Shown here in pieces: positions 38,831 to 51,931 of a DNA stretch of 64,000 nucleotides. The notes under the pieces are model-generated. The model saw only the letters and a list, made by a program, of their open reading frames with translations. It was not told the origin of the DNA and did not search any database. The position numbers and the translations under genes are program-made. The stretch is from contig CM059430.1 in the NCBI GenBank assembly GCA_030390025.1, positions 160,332,001 to 160,396,000 on the forward strand, given 5' to 3'. Origin of the DNA: Squalus acanthias (taxonomy: Eukaryota). The number at the start of each line of letters is the position of its first letter. The stretch's first letter is position 1.

Positions 38831-39301
38831 ATTATTCAAAGTTAAGTAGGGGAAATGACTGGTACAGGGCTTTAGCACATTCATTTTTTCCCTCCAATTT
38901 CCTTTCCTTTTCTCCTGAAGGTGATTGTTGGGATGTGGTTCCATGGACTCCAGCATCTCTCTGGTACTTCAGCCAAATGGTCATTCTTCATGTGTGAGCT
39001 GAGAGCGTGACTTTCAGCAGCATAGGGGTGGTGGGGGGTGGACATCACAGCCAAATCTGATCTGGTCCTTAAAAGACACCAACACACACACACATCAGGC
39101 AATAAATCTCAGCCTCTAGTTTGGATATAGTAACACAGATGGGATGAAATAGTACTATGCAGTAATAGAATGCAAACATGTTAATATATTTTGTATGAAA
39201 TTGCTGTATCGATTATTTTAACAAAAGAATTTACTTGTTTTAAATAGGTTAATAATTTAGTTAAAATACTAGACATTGGAATTTTATACGAACATATTAT
39301 T

Positions 39302-40207
39302 GGTCTGGATTTTGCTGTAGAAGTAGCAGTCTTTCTCCTTTAGGCAGTCCCTCGGAACCGAGGATGACTTGCTTCCACGCTAAAAATGAGTTCTCGGGAC
39401 TGATGAGTCCAATGCGGGACCTACAGTCTGTAGGTGGGGCAGACGGTGGTTGAAGGGACAGGTGGGTGGGGTGTTTGGGTTGATGGAAATAACAGTGAGT
39501 CTTACAGCGCTCACCAGTATTAAAGTGTAAATCGGACAGCAACTTCCAGTGACCGCACATGCGGAGTTAAAAGTGGCACTCCAGAAGTTGCTGTCCGAGT
39601 TGCCCTGCTCCTCCCAAAGCTGCGCTATTACGGTATCTCGCCGGGACACTCAGCGTTGAAACACATGAAGGCATGAAGTTGCTGTACTTGCGCGATAAAT
39701 ACACACTAAACACACCGGAAAAAGTTAGGGCTTGTCCATTCCAGTGTAAGTAAATTTTTAACGCCGTTTTAAGTCTTAATTACTGTCAAATAACCTCTCT
39801 GGCACTGAAAATTAACTTTTACAAGTGTGGAGTCTCATTCCTTCAGATTTTAATTAATAGAGATTTTTTTTAATAAAATAAATTAAATTAAACATTTTTT
39901 GTAACTTTTTCTTTGTCTCTATTATCTCTCTCTCTCTCTTAATCCCATCTTTCTTTCCCTCTTTATTTCACTTTCTGTACCTGATTTGACATTGAATTAA
40001 ATATTCTAACTGACACTTCCAGGTTCAGACTCTGCTCATTAACGATGTTCGCACAGGTCCCAGATCCCCTGTAGAGGGCGCTGCACTGAAATGGCTCTAT
40101 AATTACTGTAAGTTCCAGTGCAAAACGCCATAGAAAGTCTGTGGGCAAGTGTAAGTATAATGAATGGTCGGCGCATTTTGTTCACTGCTGACCGCAAAAT
40201 GTGGCCC
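39302..40207. mobile_element. Harbinger-type MITE with a nested RTE-like LINE tail (about 39325-39485)
   Basis: GGTCTGGATTTTGC ... GCAAAATGTGGCCC termini. The nested ttaggcagtccctcggaaccgaggatgacttgcttccac resembles an antisense RTE 3' end (from recall). Confidence 0.65.
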
Positions 40208-40525
40208 ATTGTGTTTGAAGGCTATTATCTCACAGGACATTATTATCCCAAGCAAGTTTTTTGGCAAAGTGCATCATAAAACTACTATTGAAATCTATTA
40301 AGTAATTTGGCAAGTCTTAGCATTCTCTAAATGTAAAAATATTTAGTTAATGCTGGATGATATTCATTCCTGTTTCCATGGATATAGTCAAGGGAGGAGA
40401 AACACAAAAAAGCTCAAAGTCTGAAGTAAAATTCAGAACCAGTGACCATTTCTATTCTTTTCTGATTTGTTTGTTATAAAATAGTGATGCGTATTTAAAT
40501 CTAATAACCAAATATTATATTTCAG

Positions 40526-40611
40526 ATACTGAAGAGTGCAATTTTATGCCATTTACTGATTTTCAAGGGAACTGCATAACGTCTGCCGATGAAGGGTTTA
40601 ATCTAAATATG
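40526..40611 (+). CDS. GAB3: GAB3 coding exon 5 (short, not in ORF track)
   Basis: tttcag| ... ATG|gtgagt, 86 nt, phase 1 to 0, exactly bridging exons 4 and 6. Encodes DTEECNFMPFTDFQGNCITSADEGFNLNM, whose end resembles human DKRLSLNL. Confidence 0.8.
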
Positions 40612-41079
40612 GTGAGTCTGAAGCATAAATATCTGTTGTATTGCCACAGGTATTACATGGGAAAATAAGAAAGTCTGGAAATAGAAAAGGCCACTCAGTC
40701 TATCGAGCCCACTCCATATATTTGTACCAAGTTCATTTGTCACCTATTTTAATGGAAGGATTAACATGTTTAAATAAATAAGTTAATGTCTCTGTTATAA
40801 TAGTGGGCAGAGAAATTGGATACAAATGTACTGAGTTTTTGTATGCAGCTATAATTTCCAAGCTATAGAGATCATGAAAGACTTTATTATTAACATTGTA
40901 ATCTTAAGAATTAGATAGATTTCCCCTCCAGTGGAGTGCCCAATAGTACCACCTAGGCCTCATTAACATCGGGCCTGTGGGTGCAAAACAAGCATCCAGG
41001 GGGTAGCTCGCCAGCTCTGGGCTGCTGCAACATTGGACAGCCTGACCGGCCCCTTAACCTGGAAAAAGGTAGGTGCTAG

Positions 41080-41565
41080 GGTGGGTGTGGGGGGGGGGGG
41101 GGGGGTGGGGGGGTGTGGGGGGGGGGTGGGGGTTGTGGGTGTGGGGGGTGTGGGGGGGGGTTGTGGGTGGGTGTGGGGGGTGTGGGGGGGGGTTGTGGGT
41201 GGGTGTGGGGGGCGTGGGTGGGTGTGGGGGGTTGTAGGGGGGTTGTGGGTGGGTGTGGGGGGTGTGGGTGGGTGTGGGGGGGGTGTAGGTGGGTGTGGGG
41301 GGGTTGTGGGGGGGGTGTAGGTGGGTGTGGGGGGGTTGTGGGTGGGTGTGGGGGGGGTGGGGTGGGTGGTGGGGGTGGGAGGCTTGTGGGGGCGGGTGTG
41401 GGTGGGTGTAGGGGGGTGTGGTGGGGGTGGGGTGTGTGTGGGGGGTGGAGGTTGCTAGGGTGGGTATGGGTGGGTGTGGGGGGGTGGGTGTGGGGGGTGT
41501 GTGGGGGGGGTGTGGGGGTGTGTGGGGGTTGTGAGGGGAGGTGTTGTGTGGGGGGGGTGGGGGTC
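41080..41565 (+). repeat. G/T-rich low-complexity tract (GGGTGTGGGG-like)
   Basis: About 480 nt of almost exclusively G and T. Confidence 0.95.
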
Positions 41566-41825
41566 CGTTCTCAGTTAGTGGGTCTGGTCCATGTCAGTGG
41601 CCCATGTTATTTTTGTGGAATTCCTCCCAACCCCTCAAAAATAAATTAAAGCTGATCTTCTGGGCTGATCTTCAGCTGGACCACTTGAGTCCTAAGATGG
41701 CAATTGGAGTACCGTGTATGTCATACGACCCCGATTTGCATATAAAAAGGGCTTACGGCCTAACTCAGACAGGAGCTCTGGCCATCCAACAGTACGCCCT
41801 TGGGAAGATATTGCCAGCGGGTATG

Positions 41826-42970
41826 GGACATTATAGTGCAGCTCCGGGAGGAGCAGGGCAACTCGGACAGCATCTTCCGGAGTGTCACTTTTAACTCCGC
41901 ATGTGCGGTCACTGGAAGTTGCTGTCCCATTTACACTTTAATAATGGTGAGCGCTGTAAGCCTCACCGTGTTCAGGGTAATACCGCCCTGTTTCTGCCCA
42001 GCGGGTGGCCTGGTAATCTCTCCCATCATCTCATATCATCAGCAAGTAGTGCACCACTGGGCACATTTACAAGTGAGCACATTCGGTACAGATACTTCTA
42101 ATTATGCATGTATAATCAACAACAACTGGCATTTATATAGTGCCTTTAACGTAGTAAAACGTCTTAAGGCGCTTCACAGGAGCGTAAAAAGACAAAATTT
42201 GATACCAAGCCACATAAAGACATATTAGGACAGGTGACAAACGAGATAGGTTTAAGGACCGTCTTAAAGGAGGGGAGCCTTCAGCTAGGGAAAAAGATTT
42301 GCGCCACAAATTGCTGAAGTGCGAGTTGATAAGTGCAAGGTCAACGGTGCATCTGGGACCTTGGTGAATGACGGGACCAATAGTCTATCTTATTAACCAA
42401 TTAAATGTAAGGATTAAGAAAGGAATAGAGGAACGAAGGAGAAGGAAATTGGGTGAATTAGAGTCAAATCAGGTACAGAAAAACAAATAAAGGGAAGGAA
42501 AGAAAGATTGAATTAAGAGAGAGAGAGAAAAAGAGCCAAGAAGGAAAAGTAAGAAAAAGAAATTAAAATTTTTAATTTTAAAAATATCTAAGAACAATTT
42601 ACTGCCTGAGAATGAGACTCCACAGTTTCAATTATTCCCTTTCTAGGCCGGAGAGGTTGAGTGGCGTTGCAGAAACATAAATCTCATAATTAAAAAAGGG
42701 TCCTTATGCTGCTAAGTGCAAGCCCTTTCTGTGGCGAGTTTAATTGTCAATTAATGCGCAAATGCAGCAATTTCTTGAAACTCACAAGGAGGTTGACGGC
42801 AAGCTCCCGTTTTCATGAGACTAATGGCGGAGCAGTGCAAATTGTCCAGCAATTTGTGGCGATTTGCGACTCACGGGGTATCTCTTCCTTGCCACAAGTT
42901 GCTGGACGATTTACACACTAATAACGCGTGCGCATTAAACTCACCACTATTTTGCTACCTAATTCTGGAC
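41826..42970. mobile_element. MITE fragments related to 39302-40207 in opposite orientation, with an L2-type tail at 42118-42280
   Basis: 41826-41968 is the reverse complement of 39495-39640. The stretch ends AATTCTGGACC. Confidence 0.65.
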
Positions 42971-43187
42971 CAATATGTTTCTGTACAGTTGGCCTAACAT
43001 TCATCGTAATTTTTTGTTTATTTAAATCATAGAACTTATGTTTCAGAAAGCGGCAATTCAACTCACTGTGTGTGAGCCATTGTTCGCTCCTGTACTGCAA
43101 TCTAAAATGTAATACATCACATCAGGTGCTCTGAGATGTTTCACCATGGCATTATGTAAACACAATTATTTTTCTTTGTTAAAGCAG

Positions 43188-43434
43188 AAGCTCCCTGGCC
43201 AGCAGTGTAGTACCACGGACAGCGCTGATGACAGTTATGTTCCTATGAATCCAGGATCCTCTCCAGTAATGTCTGCAGCTGACTGCACATCAGATGGTTA
43301 CATCCCCATGAGTCCAGCCTGTACTAATCTGGTCTTCCCATCAGTCACCACAGACAATCTGCCATTACCTACACTTCCTACAGACATTGAACCTCCTCCA
43401 GTTAACAGGAACCTCAAGCCTCGAATCAGAAAGA
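43188..43434 (+). CDS. GAB3: GAB3 coding exon 6 (YxxM PI3K-p85 sites, atypical Grb2 site)
   Basis: Tandem acceptor aag/cag/aag (start 43185, 43188 or 43191) and A|gtaagg donor. Encodes DSYVPM, DGYIPM and EPPPVNRNLKP. Confidence 0.93.
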
Positions 43435-44067
43435 GTAAGGGTGATTTCTAATATACACGTTATATATAACTATATATATATATATATAGAGTAGGATTTT
43501 GTCTGTTCACTAGTTTAGTGAAATTGTAAACATGAACATGCAGAGCACATTTAACATTTTTCTGCCAATAGCTAAAAGAAGATATCTTATACCATGACGA
43601 ATGATACAGAATTAGACAGAATGCACTTTGGGAACAGAGAGATTATGGCTGTCTCTAAGGTTCCAAAATTTACATCTCAATTCCATTTTTTAATAACATG
43701 TTTATGTAATAAGTAATTTGAGAACTTTAGTTGATCTTCTCTTTTTCTTTTATAGCGGTGCAGGTGAAGTTACTTTATTGGTTGGTAGTTATACCATGGA
43801 GGAGGCTTTTGCTATATACTGTCTTCTTCATTATAAACAATGCGGGTGTAAATGAAAATGTGCAAGTCATTTTATCTCGGGAAAGATATGTTCTTATGAC
43901 TCGCTTGCCTGCTTAGTGTTAATCAATAGGAGCACCCAGAGGGATAGGCTGTAGTTAGAGGCACAGAGTGCAAATGTGATCCTGATACTGAGACTGTAAC
44001 GCCCTTTCTTAGCAATATCTTGGTAATAGAAACCAAACAGTTTAGTAACCACTGATTTGGTGTCTCT

Positions 44068-44944
44068 GGCCACGATTTTGCAAATGGATGTGGCCTGGGA
44101 GCGGGTCAGCTGGTTTCCGGGTTCCAGTCCCATTACCAACTGTATCCGGCCCACGGACGTGATTTTACGTCGATTGGCCTTGTTAAGCCCGCCCTGCGGG
44201 CTTGCCGACCAATTAAGAAGAAGCCGGTCAGATGATGTAATTTGATGACACGTCATCTGCCGGTTTTCTTAAAGGGACCACGCACAATTTTTCTTTGACA
44301 GCTCATTTCTCAGTGTTTGACAGCATTGAGGTGCTGCAAACACTGACAATCACTGTACAAAGGTGAGCCCTTGCACCCAGGCTCTCCAGTCACTCCCTCC
44401 TTAGACTAGAACAGATGGCAGCTGCAGGTGAGGTTACAGAAGCGACCTGTCACTGGTGAGAGAGGTTCTCCCAATGAGGTGGGACTAGACAGTCAATTCC
44501 AAACTTGTTACCTACAGAAAAGAGTAAATACATTAAAAAGGATTTTCCCAACATTTTCTTACCTCTGAAACTCACCAGTGCACCATTGGATCCTTCACCC
44601 CACTTCTGCAGCTGTCATCAATGCAGAAACATTACAGCAGACTCACAATACGCCACACTTACCCTGGTGTGGTGTCCGGGCATCGGGGAACCCGAGGCAG
44701 AAGCGGCAAAATTGAAAAAGAGCCTGTTAACAAGTATCAAGTACCTGTTAACAGTCAGGTAAGTGGCTATAATCCTCTTCCCGCCACTAGGTGTCGGGTC
44801 CATGCACAAATCGGGGACCCGACACTTGGGAAGATTGATTGGAGGCGGGTTGACAGCGGGTTTCCTGCCCGTTGTCAATCTTTGCGATTTTGACAGTGGT
44901 CCCGCCTCCAATCCTGCATTCTGAGGACCGGCACAATTCCGGCC
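44068..44944. mobile_element. Harbinger-type MITE, colinear with 5459-6315
   Basis: GGCCACGATTTTG ... CACAATTCCGGCC termini and shared internal sequence. Confidence 0.8.
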
Positions 44945-46324
44945 TTAGTTCATCAGTAATGGTTTGTTTATCCTGTTAAACATTTAGGGATTTGGAATAG
45001 GAAGAAAATTCATGCTGAGGGGTTATGAGATAGAATTTGTGGATGTAGTGTTAGGCAAGAGAGTGAGACTAATAGGAAAACTGAGGAAGTTAACAATTAA
45101 CTAGCTAAATGGTGCAAGAGAAATAAAGCAAAGTTCATCAGTAATTGGGATCATTTCTCAGATAAAGAGAGCTGGTCCAGGTATGGTGGGCTGAAACCCC
45201 AGCTCTCTTTCAAGTTGCCAAATGGTGAGTTCTATCCCACCCATGGAGAACCTACATGTTTTCTATTTTTATTTTCAATATGTAATTACATACTGTAAAT
45301 AAAAGTAGAAAAGGGAAAAAAATTGTGGGCAAAAAAACTGATTGGATTATTTGAATCAAAACCTGAAAATGTTAGAAATAAACAGCAGGCTAGTCAGTAA
45401 ATGAAGAAGGAAAAGACAAGGTTAACATTTCAAGTGTAGAACCATTGCTCAGAACATTTTTAATTCATGAGATTATTTGTTGCTTGATTACTTATTGATG
45501 TGAGATATCAGCATTTGGGACTTGAAAAGATTTTCATTTTTTTTCCACCCAACCCCACGTCGGTTAAATGCAGGGCACAGCTTTACCTACTGTGCCTGAC
45601 CATCTGCCTCGAGCTCACACCGCTTGGACATTACACCAGGACAAATCCGATGTGGCAGGATTGCACCCATTACAAGCATGCTGCCGATATACAACCTGAG
45701 GTCCATTTGCATTTCCCAAGCCTCCACCAGGGGGTTTCCCTGTACGAGGTGGGGGAGAGGTGGAGACTGGCTGCAGTCGGGGGCCTTCTACAGTACAGCG
45801 GGAGCTGGCAGTCTCTGTGTTGCTGATTACAGTGTTAAATAAAAATGATCATTTTGAGAGCCAGTGCTTTAGCCGATGCAATTGATGACTCTGCAATCAG
45901 TTGGGTTGGCCTTTTGCCTATTTACATTTTAAAGGGCTGCGGTGCTGCCAATAGAACTTCTGACTGCCAGGTAGCGCTTGTATCCAGAATCGCTACGGTG
46001 TAAATGGCGGAAAATACATCGGATGGCATATTTGTCATTGCATTTCAGGATGTTCACTCTCATGTTTCAGGATTTTTAATTATTTAACCAAGGACAACTT
46101 CAGATAATATATATTAAGAAATGTGTATTGAGTTAAATTCAGTTCAGCAGGGTTTAAATCCAAAACATACAGCTTTTGGGAATACGGAGTAGAATTCAGC
46201 ACGTTAGATGAACCGACTGGGCAAATGGTGTTTCCCACCTACCACATCAGTTTAAATCGAATGAGATTTGCTCCCACATCCCAGAGGGCAAATTGGGTGT
46301 AATTTGTCAGAATGGTTTCATTCA

Positions 46325-47020
46325 TGTACGCACAGCAGGGGCTTAGTTTAACAGACCGTGCCCGTGTTGAGGGTGGGGGGAGGGGGAGTAATGTTCCTGA
46401 TCCAAAGTTGGATGGTTGATTGGGAGCTCAACTGTCTTAATCCCTTGAAATGGAGGGGTGAGAGAAAGTCAGAGGTCAAGCCTTTGACTTCCTGTCCAGC
46501 TAAGAAAGTAAAGATACACAGGACAGGAGGTGTGGAAGAAGTGAGAGTGGAAGCAGTCACAGGGGTGAGAGAGATCTCTCTTTCGAAATTTAGAACCAGC
46601 CCACTGAGTGAATACTGATTAGTAAATGTAAAGGTAGGTCTGTATATGTTTGACTAATTTGTTATTTTTGATCTTGCGTGAAGCAGTAGGATTAGACTGC
46701 ATTTCCCTGAAGACTGTGTTCTGTTCAGTCCTGTATTCTGTGTAAAATAAACCAACTTCTTTGGTTATAATTAACCTCCTATCACGAGAGTTTCTATCAG
46801 TCCACCTTCCTGCAGGAAGGAGAAATACACATGGAGGCACGTGCGAGATTACTGTATTCAGTTCACACAACAAGGGGTTTCGTTGTTATCACTCCAGGGT
46901 CACGCTATCATATGACTTGATATTGGACAATAAAGATAAGCTCCTGATCGTAGGGGACATGGGGTCCGCTTATGGGAGAGACTAGTGACGCTGAACCCAA
47001 AAGAATATCTAGTGCACACC
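46325..47020 (+). mobile_element. Possible solo LTR
   Basis: Begins TGT, has an internal AATAAA (about 46746) and LTR-like composition. No TSD or PBS was confirmed. Confidence 0.3.
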
Positions 47021-47413
47021 CGAAATTTGTAGCATCTATCAATTTATCGGCAGAAATATTGCACGCCCACCATCACTACCGTAAGTAGCAGGGGCGAACG
47101 GGGAGCATTTTCCGGCACATTTTGCTGGAGTTACGCTGGGAAGCCAGCAAAACTCCAGCGGAGAATCTAGGCTGTAGTTTCCAGGAGGCGAAAGGATGAT
47201 GTGGTGACCCAGTCCTTATCCCTCCAATGCTGAAAATTTGAATGTTTAAAACTTTATAAATTCTGAAATTGATTAAAAAAAAACTTGCAGTGTATTGTAA
47301 AATCAAAGGAAGTAGCAAAATAATGTAACTTTTCCCAAGGCAGAAGAAGTCTTTGTAACTATTTTGTGTGTTAATGAATCTGTGTGCTCACTCATTGTGG
47401 TTTTAAATTGCAG

Positions 47414-47504
47414 TCAAACCACCACCTTTAGATCTGACGAACCTCTCGACTATCAGGGGACACTACAACCATTCTTGTGTCAGCAGGACACGGAGTATGC
47501 CATT
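47414..47504 (+). CDS. GAB3: GAB3 coding exon 7
   Basis: ttgcag| ... TT|gtaagt, 91 nt, phase 1 to 2. Encodes KPPPLDLTNLSTIRGH...SRTRSMP (human RPPPLDLRNLSIIREH...TRTRTVP). Confidence 0.92.
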
Positions 47505-48139
47505 GTAAGTACACTCACTCACAAGAACAGATTTCTTTTCCTTCCTTCCAATTTGGCCTCTTCCAGGTCTGACGGCACCTACTCTTGCTGGGGTATAATT
47601 CCATGTGCACTGGCAACTCTTCGGTACATTGCCAAAGTCCAGACAGTGAAGCCTGGAGTTTCTGATTGGTGTTATTTTAACTAATTTATTTGCCAGCATT
47701 AATATCAGAACATTCAGGTTAGAATGTGGGCTGCAATGAGCTTCACCTCCGAGCCAGATTCTGTTCTCAGCTGATGTTCGCACACTGCCACTTACAGCAG
47801 TGGCCATTGGATGGAAATCAGGAGCAGGAGCCCCAGCTGATTTTGCCCCTCCCCAGCCAAGAGGCACTGTAGTGGCTGAATTGCTGCCCTGTCTGAAGAT
47901 TAGCTAACGCAGCATGCAAGCCTATCCAAGTCAGTCCCAGAGACAAGAAGCTTTGTGGGCCACTGAGAAAATGGTGTTGCAAATGTACAGAAACAGTTAA
48001 ACTGTCCCTCATTATAAGCGAAGGGCATATAAAATTAAACTGACTCCCCCCAGTGAGTAAAGACACCCACTCCCCATGTAGAGCATATATGGGGAATCAA
48101 ACCGGAGACCTTCTGGTCTGTTTTGCCTTGTTCTGCATG

Positions 48140-48800
48140 AGTCATAGAATCTTACAGCAGAGAAGAAGGCCATTTGGCCCATCGTACCTGTGCTGGCTCT
48201 TCGAAAGAGCGGTCCAATTTAGTCCCACACCCCAGCTTTATCCCCCTGACCCTGCAAATTAGTCCTCTTCAAGTACATGTCCAAATGCCTTTTGAAAGTT
48301 TCTGTGAAATTTGATCCACCACACTTTCAGGTAGTGCGTTCCAGATCTTAACAACCCTCTGTGTGAAACAATTTCTCCTCAGTTCCCCACTAGTTCTTTT
48401 GCCAATTATTTTAAATCTGTGATCTCTGGTTAACGACCCACTTGCCAGAGTAAACAGTTTCTCCCTACTCGCTCTATCAAAACCCTTCATGATTTTGAAC
48501 ACCTCTATCAGGTCTCCCCTTAACCTTCTCTCCACATAACTGAAATCCCTTATCCCTGGTATCATCCTGGTAAACCTTCTCTGTACCCTCTCCAAGGCCT
48601 TGACATCCCTCCTATAATGTGGTGCCCAGAATTGTACACAATATTCCAGCTGAGGCCAAACCAGTGATTTGTAAAGGTTTAGCATGACTTCCTTGTTTTT
48701 GTATTCAATGCCCCTATTTACAAAGCCAAGTATCCCAAATGCTTTCTTAACCGCCTTATCAACTTGCCCTGCCACTTCAAAGATTTGTGAATATGTAGCC
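48140..48800 (-). mobile_element. CR1 3' fragment (antisense)
   Basis: ORF 48269-48805 encodes LEYCVQFWAPHYRRDVKALERVQRRFTRMIPG, followed by a CR1-type tail. Confidence 0.92.
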
Positions 48801-48964
48801 CCCACAACCCAGTGGGAAAGGAGTTCTGTTTACTCATTGAGGGGATCAGGTATTATGTTTAATATTTGTTATTCCATTTTCTCAAAGGTCCAGATAGCAT
48901 CTTACCTTTGGGCAGAAGGTTTAGGTAGGTTTACTTTCAAGCCCCTCTCCCCAAAACGCATTAT

Positions 48965-49700
48965 CCTGGAGTTTCCGCTCGATTGCGCTTTTTTTTGGCG
49001 CACTTCCCCCGATATCGGTGTAACTGGCACGAAAGATCGCAGAATTTTAATCGCAAATTACGTTCAGCGCAACTCAAGTTTCCGCGATCTTTGGCACTAG
49101 ACATAAAAACATCGAGTTAGAAGCAGGCCCCGCCTACAAAACTGGCCACGCCCCCAGGGTGAATTAATCACCATTGGGAGTTTCCGCTAATTGCGCTCGT
49201 TTGCAGGCCTTTGAGGAGGCTCCAAAAATTAAGCTAGTTCTTTTGGGCGCAAGGACACTAATAGATAAGTTTTGAAAGGTTTTGAATGAAACCATTTTTT
49301 AAATTTACTAAGGAACTGACTATTGTACTCCATTCTAACTAGAAAATAGTTTTGTACATTTTTTAAGTCATTTTCAGTCATTTAAAATCAAGTTACTCAC
49401 AGGTGGTGGATTGACACTGTGATTTAAAATGCTTATTTTTTTGTGATAAACCCAATTTCAGCTGTATTAATCAAACTTTACCAAGTTACCACGCCTAAAT
49501 AGATCAAGGAATATTTTTGAAAGCAAAATATTTTTTAAAAATTATCTTATAAAATGCTGCCCGATTGCGCTGGTTCATGGCAGATTTTGAATTTGGCGAT
49601 ATGCAAATGTGTTTGAGCGGAAACGCGGGTGGGGGGGGGCGGAAATCACTTTTCAAAACGGTGCAATTTTGGGTGCAATTTGGCCTGGAAATGTCAAATG
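48965..49700. mobile_element. MITE-like element with GC-rich ends and AT-rich core
   Basis: GGAGTTTCCGCT(C/A) repeated at about 48968 and 49178, with inverted GAGCGGAAAC at about 49615. Ends are imprecise. Confidence 0.5.
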
Positions 49701-49894
49701 CGCCCAAAGCAGCAACTCTACCCCAGTATATAATTCAGGGTGATCAACATGGAAAATGAAAGCCTTTTGCAAATCATGCTGCAGTGTAACAGTTATGTAT
49801 TCTGCTTTTATTACATTTGTCATCTTTATTCTAAAATCATATATTGGATTGTACCATTCATTATAAAGCAACAAACCAATGTATTTTTCCCAGT

Positions 49895-50300
49895 TTTTCC
49901 ATATTTCCTTCCTCCTCTCCTGAAGAATGCCCAATCTTGGTAGAGTACAGTTTCACAGGTGCTAGCACTCCTAGGTACCTCACTAAAGAGGCCATTCTCC
50001 ACATGTGAGCCTACAGAGTGAGTAGTGTGAGGCTATTTAACCATGGAAGGCATCACAGAAAGCACAATCCTATTCTCACCCAATGTCCATGCACATTCAC
50101 CTTCTGGAAGACATTCACTGTATAGCAGTCAGCAACCCTTCCTTCTCTAGCCCTGGGACACAAGAGCTAACTGTAACACCCAAGAAACCGCCCTCATTGA
50201 GATCCGCTAACCCAGCACAGACCGGGAATTGAACCTGGGACCTTCTGATATGTATGGCTCAGCTGCACAGTGGGTGATGCCTACACCCATCGGGGAGCTG
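49895..50300 (-). mobile_element. Abundant old tRNA-derived SINE (about 15 copies in window)
   Basis: B-box GGTTCAATTCC, with tail motif gaagaatggccacttgg..gaggtacc. Approximate copies at 2915-3240, 8990-9385, 11470-11775, 15090-15460, 16250-16750, 25440-25970, 29590-29835, 30410-30620, 30795-31225, 35375-35690, 36200-36565, 38895-39080, 55285-55685 and 60980-61320. Confidence 0.7.
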
Positions 50301-50729
50301 GAGCAAAGTCTAACTATTGACTGATTTTGTTGCTCTGGGGTGTGTGTAGATGACTGTAATGGCTATAGACCACTTCTGGCTACCTTCTAGGGGAGAATGG
50401 AAGGAAATTATTGTTTCACACTGAGCAATAAATTACCAAACAATCATTTGCTGGATTTATTTTAGAAATTTTTGTTTGATTTTTTAAAAATTCTAAATTC
50501 ATGTTCAAATGTTAAAATGACCTGATGTGTGCATGTTTCTATATTAGGTAAGGGTATCAAGGGATATGGATCAAAGGTGGTAAATGGAATTGAGGTACAG
50601 ATCAGCCATGATTTAATTGAATGGGGGGAACATGCTCGAGGGGCTGAATGTCCTGTTCCTATGTGTAATTCTTCAGCGCTGTTTGCTGTGTTGAGGTCTT
50701 TAACCGCACTTCTTTTTTTATTTTTTTAG

Positions 50730-50835
50730 CAGGTGGAGTACGGCCAACTGCATCACGCCAGAAAGTCAATGTAGTTCAGCCAGAAGCTTTTACAGCACTT
50801 TCGATGGGGAGACCGAGGAAAATTACACTGCAATG
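50730..50835 (+). CDS. GAB3: GAB3 coding exon 8
   Basis: Long poly-T tract, then tag/cag tandem acceptor (50730 or 50733) and ATG|gtaaaa donor, phase 2 to 0. Encodes ...TPESQCSSARSF...ETEENYTAM (human EDEESYIEM). Confidence 0.88.
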
Positions 50836-51931
50836 GTAAAAAAAACATGCATGTAGTCATAGTCCAGTACTTGTGGAATAGTATAGCCAATCATGGGGAA
50901 GATTTCCTCTGGTAATGCACAGGATAACATCCAACGCCTGGCCACTCAGGACAGCCACATTTCTGGAAAGGGTCCGTAACCAGACATAAGCCCCTCATTA
51001 GCATATGCAAGAGGCCTGACACCTGTTTTAGGCGGCCGTCCTGGACGCATGAAAATTGGCAGAACCCAATTGTGGATCGGGCGTTTTTCACGTTTCCCTG
51101 GGACGTAGTACGCTACGTCCCAAAATTGGTCCTTGTCGCATCCGTATTATGCATGTAAAATGGATGCAATAAGGACCAATTTCTACCCCCCTTGTCGCTA
51201 ACAGTCTTAGTACAAAGTTTAAATATTGAAAGTAAAGCTAAGGACATGAAATGCAACCCACAGTAATAATGCAGAAATCAATTGGCATTTTCCAGGTAAG
51301 ATGACAGGAGTAGATAAATTGAGCCAGCGAAATTGTTCACTGTGATGAAGCGTCTGAATATGCATGCATCACAAGCTAAAATCCAGGAAACAAGGGGTAA
51401 GAAGGGAAATCAAAGGACGCTTTGTTTTTTTTAACCGAAGAGTAATTCAGATATCCAACAAGTTACCATGGAAAGCCACTGAAACAGGCAGAGTAAATGG
51501 ATTCAAAATACAACTGATCTGTTTCTGAATAGAGAAGGGATTTAGGCATATGGTGAGAATGTGAGGTTGATTTATGAACAAGGAGAGGCTTGTTGGGTTT
51601 AATGGACTTTTTTCATTCCTAAAAAGAATAATGTTCTTAGGATTTTGTGATCAAATCCCGGTAATACTCTCCAAACCAGGTTAACAAAGATTCTTAATGA
51701 AGCTTCTTTAAAAAAGGTGTGAATGTTTTCTTACTATATATGGTCAGGAGCAGTTTTTGAAATTAAAGTCAATATTCTGCATTTCCGATCCCTAACTACT
51801 AGGCCGGCTGTTATGACTGCACAATGTTTTTGAGACACCAGTACATATAATCAAAGTAATGAGTATACAATATTCTACTATTTGGAGTTACAAAACAAGA
51901 CAACTCATGATTGATTGAATGAATGAATGAG

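Noticed and set aside
39398-39425. CTGATGAG-TCC...GGAC as a hammerhead ribozyme
   Set aside because: No GAAA follows the putative stem II, and it lies within an RTE-like fragment.
41033-41649. Gly/Val-rich ORFs
   Set aside because: Artefacts of a G/T low-complexity tract lacking stop codons.
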